Shown piece by piece: positions 45,485 to 53,150 of a stretch of 64,000 nucleotides of DNA (its first letter is position 1; every line of letters starts with the position of its first letter). The position numbers and the translations under genes were made by a program. A model generated the notes under the pieces. It was not told the DNA's origin and made no database searches. It saw only the letters and a program-made list of their open reading frames with translations. This DNA is from a virus (lineage: Duplodnaviria > Caudoviricetes), in the IMG/VR virus record IMGVR_UViG_3300011008_000025, positions 1 through 64,000 of that record; one strand, 5' to 3'.

Positions 45485-47254
45485 TCAGGACAGCGAAGGT
45501 GTGATCGCCGCCACCGGGTCCGGGATAGAAACCGTGTGCTGGCGCAAAGCCACACGAGGCGTGACATCGTCTTCGACCTCGGGCATATCCTCCGGCGGCA
45601 GCTCGTCCGGAATCAGCTTCCGGACCACCATGTAAGCGTGGAGCTCATCGAATTCCTCGTAGAGCGCCACCTCTTTCCACTTAGACGTGCAGACTTCCTC
45701 CCAACTATGCTCCATGGCATAGCGGCAGATGTTGCTGACAAGCTGAATCGAGGAAATCACGGTGTCGCGCACCAGACTTCCACGGAAGATACGGAATTCG
45801 ATCGTAGAACGATTTGTCAGATTGACCGCCTGATACCGATTACCGAAATTGATCACGTCGCTGGCTCTTACGTCGTTGTAAATCTTGTCGGGATCATACT
45901 CGGTCAACATGCGTCCGAAGCTTGCCCACTGGGAAAGGTTTTCGGATCTGCGGCGGCTGAACTTGGTCAATTCCTTTTCAAACCGCTTGGCCAGCATAAC
46001 GATTTTGTATGTATCGCTGTTGGTTAGGCAGCTACGTCCGACATGGATATGCAGGCCGCAGGTGTCGGTGTCGTGAGACTTGTAATCATAGTCGCTTGCC
46101 TTTCTGAATAGATCCGCATAAGGCATTTTCTCCATGTGATAGCGGAGAGATCCCGGATACGAAATCATTTCAAACCCGTCATCGCTCAGACTGCCATCAT
46201 GCTCGAACACGACGCGATCGGTAATGGCGGACATGGCATCCACGCACTCACACGGATCGTCGCCGTCATCCATTTCGTCCTCGATGCCGAAGGTCAAAGT
46301 GTTGTAGTAATCCTCGCCGGGCATATATCCGATGTTGTATTCGTATTCGCCCTTATGAGCGTGATACGACCCGATTCCTCCTTCGTGATCGCCGATGCAG
46401 TTGTCGCAGTAGCAGTTGTCGTCGTATTCGGAGTAATACTCATTCCCCTCGGCGATAAAACAGCCGCAATCATCACAGGTATGCCAGTAATGATCGTCAT
46501 AGCAGTTGTCGCAGAGGAAATCGTCGTTGGAATCAACGTATCCGGCGCGACGGATGAAGTGTTCGCCGCAGTCGATGCACTGGTAATAGTTGCGATCGGC
46601 GCAGTAGGAGCAAACGTATTTTTCACCGCCGCGATATGTATACACGGTCACCATATCGTCCGCATGTTCAACTTCGCCGCAGTCTTCGCAGACAAAATAG
46701 TTGTCCTCGAAGCAGCTGTTGCACAGCGGGTCGCCGTGATATTCGTATTCAAATTCGTCTGCGGGCAGCCACTCACCGCAATCGCAGCAGCGCTTATAAC
46801 CCATTTCCTCCAGTTCCTCGGCGGTGTACATTTCGCCGTTGACTTCGTATTTCATGTCGCTTTTCTCCTTATTTTCAATTTCGTTTTCTGCAGTGATATT
46901 TCCACGCCGCACCCACTCAATGTCCGCGGGCAGCACAGCCTGACGCAGATTATCAGGTTTGCGCACAAGATGCAGCGAATGGTTATAGACGATTTCGACC
47001 TCACACAAATCGCCAACCATGTAGTTGTGGCCGAATTCGTTAGCGCTCGGCACGACACGGACAAGGTCGCCCACCTCCCAAACCGGGCCGCACTCCTTGT
47101 CTGTGAAGTACGGCGCGACCCGAACGCCCTTGGCCTTATAGTTGACATCATGCACTTCAACTTCGTACACGCCTCCGATCGTCAAGCTGTGGCCAAACAG
47201 CCGCCGCAGGATGCGCACCTTATCGCCGGTATGGAATCTTAATTCGGTGCTCAT
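45485..47254 (-). CDS. COOH-NH2 ligase (amidoligase) with N-terminal CxxC zinc-finger repeats
   Basis: FGIEDE, HDGSL, GFEMIS, TCGLHIHV, RYQAVN and TIEFRIFRGSL; many CxxC pairs upstream. Confidence 0.88.
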   Translation of the reverse strand: MSTELRFHTGDKVRILRRLFGHSLTIGGVYEVEVHDVNYKAKGVRVAPYFTDKECGPVWEVGDLVRVVPSANEFGHNYMVGDLCEVEIVYNHSLHLVRKPDNLRQAVLPADIEWVRRGNITAENEIENKEKSDMKYEVNGEMYTAEELEEMGYKRCCDCGEWLPADEFEYEYHGDPLCNSCFEDNYFVCEDCGEVEHADDMVTVYTYRGGEKYVCSYCADRNYYQCIDCGEHFIRRAGYVDSNDDFLCDNCYDDHYWHTCDDCGCFIAEGNEYYSEYDDNCYCDNCIGDHEGGIGSYHAHKGEYEYNIGYMPGEDYYNTLTFGIEDEMDDGDDPCECVDAMSAITDRVVFEHDGSLSDDGFEMISYPGSLRYHMEKMPYADLFRKASDYDYKSHDTDTCGLHIHVGRSCLTNSDTYKIVMLAKRFEKELTKFSRRRSENLSQWASFGRMLTEYDPDKIYNDVRASDVINFGNRYQAVNLTNRSTIEFRIFRGSLVRDTVISSIQLVSNICRYAMEHSWEEVCTSKWKEVALYEEFDELHAYMVVRKLIPDELPPEDMPEVEDDVTPRVALRQHTVSIPDPVAAITPSLS

Positions 47255-47290
47255 AATTCTTTCCTCCTATAAGCAAATTTTATTTTGATT

Positions 47291-47527
47291 TCACTTTCTC
47301 TTTTTAACCTTCACTTTAAGTGTGAGCTTGCGGCCGCATTCCGGGCAGTATTTCGGATAATAGCGATCTGTTGTGTCATCGCCTACTCCCTCCAGAAACA
47401 GCCTGTTATTTGGCTCCACGCCGCGCACAATTGACGTCCACGCACCATCTACAACAGTGGTCGTTCTTTGTTTATCCCGGCTATATCTACCGGATTCGTC
47501 ATAGCGGAGATCGCAAAATTCGCACAT
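47291..47527 (-). CDS. small zinc-ribbon protein
   Basis: MCEFC...YCPECGRKL. Confidence 0.7.
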   Translation of the reverse strand: MCEFCDLRYDESGRYSRDKQRTTTVVDGAWTSIVRGVEPNNRLFLEGVGDDTTDRYYPKYCPECGRKLTLKVKVKKRK

Positions 47528-47564
47528 AAATCCATTCCTCCTAAAATTGGTCTTTAATTCTGTT

Positions 47565-47638
47565 TGGCAGGCCCGATTGGGGTTGAACCAATTCCAACAG
47601 AGTCAAAGTCTGTTGTGCTGCCGTTACACCACGGGCCT
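47565..47638 (-). tRNA. tRNA-Gln (anticodon UUG)
   Basis: AGGCCCG/CGGGCCT, anticodon loop CTTTGAC, G discriminator and CCA. Confidence 0.88.
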
Positions 47639-47908
47639 ATGTTGGCGCTCCTTGCGGAGCGCCGATTTGTGATTACCCTATTTCTGATTATTTAGGGGCA
47701 AAAATTTTTGTGGCTGACGAGTGCCGCCACACCCAGGACGCCCACAAAGACACACCCTGCGCCCTCTTCCGGGCACACGATCAGGCCCAGAATTGCGATT
47801 CCAATTAGAATCGCGCCGAATATACGCTGCGTTTTCATTTTTGATTTTCCTTTCCATCGCTCCCTCAGCCGAGGCTATTGCCAAGGCCCGGTTACGATTG
47901 TGATTCAT

Positions 47909-47953
47909 AGTATAGTCCGAAAATTCCATCTTGTCAATACCCTATTTCTGATT
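47909..47953 (-). promoter_or_regulatory. sigma-A promoter fused to the repeated element
   Basis: AATCAGAAATAGGGTA-TTGACA, 17-bp spacer, TATACT. Confidence 0.8.
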
Positions 47954-48742
47954 TTAGCCAGAAATTTTGCGGGAATGGGCGGGAGTGGTCACGGCGGCAA
48001 CCGGATCCCAGCCAAGAATATTGATGCGGCTGCTGATCGTGTTCAGGCTAAGGCCGGAGATTCTCGCCCACTCGGACATGTTGTGCACTTCGCCGTTGAC
48101 TACGATCATGCGCGGTCTGCCGGGATGTTTGGCGTTTTCCCATTTCGTCTCGGCGTCACTGCTGCCAAAGCCCATCACGGGCTTGTAGTCGTCGGGTTCG
48201 GCGTAGGCGATTTCATCGGAATCATCTTCGCGGAATGTGACCGCCGCGATATCCGAATCGGGAATATGGCCGGTAATCAGATTCGCCAGTTTGGCAAATT
48301 CCCGACCAGTGAACAGTTTCACGATCGGGTGCTTGCGCTTGCGGTAACGCTCAACCATGACGGAATAGGTCATAGGAAACGCCGCCGGCTCGGCGTAGTA
48401 AACCTCATTTTTGGCCGCATTGAAGCGGAAGCCGGGCATGAGGTCGATGGATTCACTGATCTCCTTGCGCATGTATTCCGCAATGTCGATCAGCTCTTTC
48501 ATGGAGCGCGGCGTGGCGGTCAGAATCGTTACCGGCGACACCAAATAAGCGCCATAGCGCCTCTCTTCAAACAGGGGCACTTCCCGATACCTCACTTCGT
48601 CTTTCAGGCGCTCCATATAGATCTGCGCCTGTGCCATTTCGTGGCGCTCACAGTCCTCGCGCTTGACGAACTGCGCTCCATCCTCTGCTTCCCAAATCAT
48701 AACCTGCTTTGCCATTTTTGCCTTCCTTTCTCCCGGATTCAT
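47954..48742 (-). CDS. hypothetical protein with C-terminal HTH DNA-binding module
   Basis: NGE...SEWARISGLSLNTISSR...GW...A.TTP tail, as seen on phage HNH-associated modules. Confidence 0.65.
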   Translation of the reverse strand: MNPGERKAKMAKQVMIWEAEDGAQFVKREDCERHEMAQAQIYMERLKDEVRYREVPLFEERRYGAYLVSPVTILTATPRSMKELIDIAEYMRKEISESIDLMPGFRFNAAKNEVYYAEPAAFPMTYSVMVERYRKRKHPIVKLFTGREFAKLANLITGHIPDSDIAAVTFREDDSDEIAYAEPDDYKPVMGFGSSDAETKWENAKHPGRPRMIVVNGEVHNMSEWARISGLSLNTISSRINILGWDPVAAVTTPAHSRKISG

Positions 48743-48759
48743 GCCGGGATATGTATTTG

Positions 48760-49065
48760 TTATCGAATGATCGCGGAAACGTTTTCGAAAGACCAGCCGC
48801 TGTAATATGTGGCAAGGAATTCATCGTCGAAGATCTCGGGCGTGAAGCCGCTGTACATGATACAGCTCACCAGCTCGCCCTGCTGGTAATCTTCGATGCC
48901 GCAAAAGGCAAATTCATGCCCGTTTGCGGTTTCGCAGATGACCATGTCATTGGCATAGTCAAGATGCGTGATGACCATAGTCTCCGGATAAATGACTTCC
49001 GCCGAGACCAAAGCGGAAACCAGAAGCATGATCGCGGTCATAATGCCGGCAAGTTTCGCTTTCAT
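48760..49065 (-). CDS. exported hypothetical protein
   Basis: Signal peptide; TPEIFDDE motif. Confidence 0.65.
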   Translation of the reverse strand: MKAKLAGIMTAIMLLVSALVSAEVIYPETMVITHLDYANDMVICETANGHEFAFCGIEDYQQGELVSCIMYSGFTPEIFDDEFLATYYSGWSFENVSAIIR

Positions 49066-49067
49066 TT

Positions 49068-49295
49068 TTACACCTCCTGCAAATTGACGGACACATATCC
49101 GTCATCCCTGTTGAAAGAAGTCCCGACGCCGCGATTGCGTTCGGAACTTCTAATGTACACACGGGTGCTTCCCTTGTGGGAATGCATTTCCGTGTTGCCT
49201 GAAACGGCGTAAAAATTGCCGTTTTCCTCACGGAACGTGAGGTCGAAACCGGCACATAATTTGCGCAGTTTCTCTTTCCAATGTTCAAAATCCAT
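49068..49295 (-). CDS. hypothetical protein
   Basis: AAGGAGG RBS. Confidence 0.6.
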   Translation of the reverse strand: MDFEHWKEKLRKLCAGFDLTFREENGNFYAVSGNTEMHSHKGSTRVYIRSSERNRGVGTSFNRDDGYVSVNLQEV

Positions 49296-49343
49296 TTCAA
49301 ATCCTCCTTATAAAAATGACGCCCTTGCCGGGCGCTTTTTTAA

Positions 49344-49658
49344 TTACGGCTTACAACAGTAGAAACTAATGGGATTGCTACTACACCGGCGGCAAAAGTA
49401 GTCGCCGGTGCGCATATCGACCAACATATCGCCGCGGTCGAAGAAAGCGCTGCACCCGTAGCACCACTCATAACCCTCCTCGGCGCACTGGCCACAAACG
49501 GCGCGCTCAGCGCCATTGGCGTGCACAGTGACAACCGAATTCGCTTCGATCATCGCGCCGCAGTCAGCGCAATAAGTGAATTCGATACCGGCATCGGCGG
49601 TATCCGCCGCAGACAGGTTGCGCTCAAAGCGCAACGGTAAAATTCTGTTGGTACGCAT
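49344..49658 (-). CDS. zinc-finger repeat protein
   Basis: Four CxxC pairs resembling the amidoligase N-terminal repeats. Confidence 0.6.
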   Translation of the reverse strand: MRTNRILPLRFERNLSAADTADAGIEFTYCADCGAMIEANSVVTVHANGAERAVCGQCAEEGYEWCYGCSAFFDRGDMLVDMRTGDYFCRRCSSNPISFYCCKP

Positions 49659-49985
49659 AATTTTCCTCCTTGCAAAAATTCCGTTTTCGTGTTAAGATAA
49701 AAAGCGCCCGGCGGTAAACCGGGCGCCCGTCGTGCTATCAGGCTATGTAGTCACAATATTCCTGTTCTGTCGCGAACAGGATATACCGATTTCCTACCCA
49801 GCCCCAATAGCCGGCTTGGGTATAGTATCCCCTCGTGATACTACACCCCCTTTCTTAGCGCCTGTATGTTGCCGCATATGGGCGCTATTATTTTGTGGGT
49901 TTGCGAAGCTTGTCCCACGACGCCCCGGGCAGGGGCGTTTCGTCGCAATTTTCAGCGACTCATCGGGCGGGCTCTCAGTATCGCC

Positions 49986-50666
49986 TTACTTGGCGGCAAT
50001 CTTGCGAGCGGCGGCGCGGGCCTTGTTGCGAGCCTTGCGCTCGGCGTCGAGTTCGGCGACGGTCTTGGACATGACATCGTCGAGCTTCTCGGCCACGAGC
50101 ACTTCGCAAGCCTTGCGGAACGCTTCGACGCCCACGGGCGCCTTGACCTTCTGCTTCGACTCTTTGGACTCCTTGGAGTCGGCGAGCATAGTCTCCACCT
50201 TTGCGGCAAGGGCGGTAGCCACGTCGGCGTCCATGGAGTAGTCGGGGCGTGGCTCTACCCCGGCGAGTTTGCAGGCATAGGCATAGTCAGTCCCTGCGAA
50301 ACTGGCCTTGTCGGCGTCCCCGGCACGATAGCGAGCGAGGGCGAGCACAGTCTTGAGCGCGGCGGTCTCCGCATTATCGACATTGCGGAACGTCACGGCG
50401 GCGTCACGGTAGCGGGCGAGGTCGGCCACACCGTCAAAGCGGATACGGCGGATGTCGTCGAGGTCGGCGTTGATAGACGCAAAGATAGCCTTGCCCGCTT
50501 CAAAGGCGGCGCTTGCGTCTTTCTTGGAATCGATCAGACTCCAGTCATACAGAGCGTCACGGAACGTAGTCCAGTCCTGCTTAGCGTTCTCCCCATAGCA
50601 ATCGATGGGGACAGTCTTGGTGTTGGCACGGTTGGCACGGATAGAGTTGATGAGATTGATAGTCAT
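49986..50666 (-). CDS. Ala/Lys-rich hypothetical protein, first gene of the leftward arm
   Basis: GAAAGGA RBS before ATG 50666; strong GC3 codon bias. Confidence 0.7.
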   Translation of the reverse strand: MTINLINSIRANRANTKTVPIDCYGENAKQDWTTFRDALYDWSLIDSKKDASAAFEAGKAIFASINADLDDIRRIRFDGVADLARYRDAAVTFRNVDNAETAALKTVLALARYRAGDADKASFAGTDYAYACKLAGVEPRPDYSMDADVATALAAKVETMLADSKESKESKQKVKAPVGVEAFRKACEVLVAEKLDDVMSKTVAELDAERKARNKARAAARKIAAK

Positions 50667-51869
50667 GGTATAGTCCTTTCCCCGGCTTTGCCGGAATAAA
50701 ATATTTTTGAGTTTTGCACTCACATCACGGCGCAAAGATTGCGCTGTCAAGTCAATGCAAAGCATACACTTCAAGAGTGTCCCGTAATATCGCGCTGTCC
50801 ACCAGCTTACTATGCCCCCTTTGCCAACAGTGCCCCGGCAGAGAACCAGGTTGCGCTGAAAAGGGCATAGTACACCCGCAGCCGCCTTTTTCACGGTTAG
50901 TTATACACGCATACACTTCACGCACCGCCCTAAAGCTGGTCATTGACGCAATCCACCCATGTTTTACACATCGATTAACCCGACGTTATAGGTATGGCAA
51001 GCCCTACCCATTGCGACAAGGGAACACGATAGAAAACGCCCCTGTTGCGGCTTGTGAGATGTATTCCGTTATCAAAGTACACGCATAGACTGATTGGATA
51101 TAAGGGTAATTTCTGTTAAGAAACGGCATATAGTCTGTTAAGACTGCTAACCCTTTGCCTATCTATCTATGAACTTGTCTTTCCCTCCTTGCACTCTCAA
51201 CATAACAGAACATACGGAAAAGTCAAGTAAACGGCGAAAAGTTCGGATTTTACCGTGTTTTATGTCCTATTTGCTCAAAAAAGGACGTAAAATGTTATGG
51301 GTTAGTTTACAATCTTTTCCAAAAATTCGGGCGAAACACGACCTTAGTTATTCCACCTCACCCTCACAAAATTTTCCACATTTTCGCACCTCGCTCCCAC
51401 CACAATTACATTCCATCACATACCTACCGCAACACACTCATTCCAATAATTTAATCACGACCTAATCTCCTAGCGCTCACTGTTCGATAAATTAAACCAT
51501 CCCAAAAACCGAGATCTCGCCATACCAGAATGATTTATGCCGGACCCGCGAAAAATCGGCCTGTAACGGATCAAAATTGCATGTGCGGGTTTAACGACCG
51601 AAGCTTTGCAGGTACAACAACAAAAAAGCCGGTACAGCAAAATGGCAAAACTGAGGAAGTTAAACCCCAGCTGCTACTGCTTTACCAGCTACAAATGCTT
51701 TACGTTATGTACAAGGTGAACGACCAAGCTTTTGACACCAAGCCTTTACATCTAACAGCTCAAAAGCGAGGGAGTTCACCGCCATCGTTATTCTTTAACA
51801 TCCGGGGCGCACGCGGCTTTGGAGGGCCGCTGCGCCCCTAACAAAGCATCACTCCAAACTTTTTTTCCG

Positions 51870-52235
51870 GAGTATGAATAATAATATACTTGGTCAAAGT
51901 AAATGATTTTACTAAGACATATCATTTCCTATATCATTTACGTATTACCAATACTTTACTGCTATTCATTTAAGTATGAGTAATCATTCTCATAATACTT
52001 TTAGTAAGCATAATCATTTACTCTATCCTTTTAGTTGGATTAATACTTTACTCTATCCTTTTAGTAAGAATAATACTTTACGTTCTATACTTCTCTTACT
52101 AAAATGATTTTATATATACTTTACTTATATTAATAATTTAATATATATAATATTAGAATATAAAGTATATAAGAGATATTCTTTTAGAATGATATATATA
52201 TTTTCTTTCTCTTACTCCAGCTTCTCTTTCTTTTA
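51870..52235. repeat. AT-rich region with iterated repeats, putative replication origin
   Basis: TTTACTCTATCCTTTTAGT repeated at 52017 and 52047; TTTTAGTAAG copies with an inverted copy; located at the transcription switch point. Confidence 0.6.
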
Positions 52236-52303
52236 AGGATCGGCCGCCAAAATACCACATTATCGGCAGCCATTTTTCAAAAACCCGACGACCCCTCGTC
52301 GGA

Positions 52304-52348
52304 AATCAGAATTAGGGTATTGACAAATCCAACTTTTTGTGCTATACT
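52304..52348 (+). promoter_or_regulatory. sigma-A promoter fused to the repeated element, driving the RNAP operon
   Basis: AATCAGAATTAGGGTA-TTGACA, 17-bp spacer, TATACT; a second element lies at 52391-52412. Confidence 0.85.
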
Positions 52349-52454
52349 GATCTTAGACAGCCGGGCAAGGCTGGTTATTTTGCGGGAGATAATCAGAATT
52401 AGGGTACTCACATTTTACCGGCTGTGAAAGCAACTACGAAAGGATTATGCAGGA

Positions 52455-52649
52455 GTGAACCGTGAACTGAATACCTGCGCCGGGTGCTTATGGGAGGAGG
52501 AGTGTAGGCGCATGACGAACTTTGACGCTGTTGGCTGCGACGATTATTGCGCGGCTGATGATGACTACAGAAATGATGAGCTCGCTTACGAAGACGATTT
52601 GGCTATGCGGGCGAAGACCTACTATTCTATTATGGAGGATTACATATGA
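52455..52649 (+). CDS. hypothetical protein
   Basis: First ORF after the promoter; Cys-containing and acidic. Confidence 0.55.
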   Translation: MNRELNTCAGCLWEEECRRMTNFDAVGCDDYCAADDDYRNDELAYEDDLAMRAKTYYSIMEDYI

Positions 52650-52876
52650 TCACCAGAGAAAGCTTTGTGCAGACGGTTGTGAAGGCAGACATGATTATTG
52701 AGCGTCAGCGAGCCTTCGAAGAGACTATGCGCGAATTTGGATTTGAAGCTACCGGCAAATCGCCGTTCGATCAGATGTTCTATTTGCTGATGTACACGCT
52801 TGCCGAGGCCGCCGGTCAGGATCGTGTTATCGCATGGACGATCGATCTTATTGAAAATGGTGTTGCGGATGAGTGA
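52646..52876 (+). CDS. hypothetical protein
   Basis: ATGA overlap. Confidence 0.6.
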   Translation: MITRESFVQTVVKADMIIERQRAFEETMREFGFEATGKSPFDQMFYLLMYTLAEAAGQDRVIAWTIDLIENGVADE

Positions 52877-53150
52877 GCTGCGTGAGAACGTTATCGAGTG
52901 GATCACCGGCGACGATCATGTGTCCGTGACGCTTACAGATCGAAGGTACATCAATAAAGTGCGAAAACTTATGGATGAGCTGGACGAAAATGAGCGCGTT
53001 TTCGTCGAGAACAAGGATGGGAGTATCTTTGCTCATCTCCCCCTCGAAATGGTGAAATTGGGTAAAAAACGTACAGTTGAGCTAAGCGACGAGCAGAAGG
53101 CTGCAATAGCCGCGCGGCTTGCAGCTGCAAGGGAGGCCAAGAAAGGTTGA
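52869..53150 (+). CDS. conserved phage protein (N.DGSI.A.LP...ELSDEQK)
   Basis: Recognisable motif; overlaps the RNAP start. Confidence 0.7.
   Translation: MSELRENVIEWITGDDHVSVTLTDRRYINKVRKLMDELDENERVFVENKDGSIFAHLPLEMVKLGKKRTVELSDEQKAAIAARLAAAREAKKG

Noticed and set aside
51091-51115. Twelfth copy of the repeated element
   Set aside because: Only TAAGGGTAAT resembles the consensus, which is too degenerate to count.
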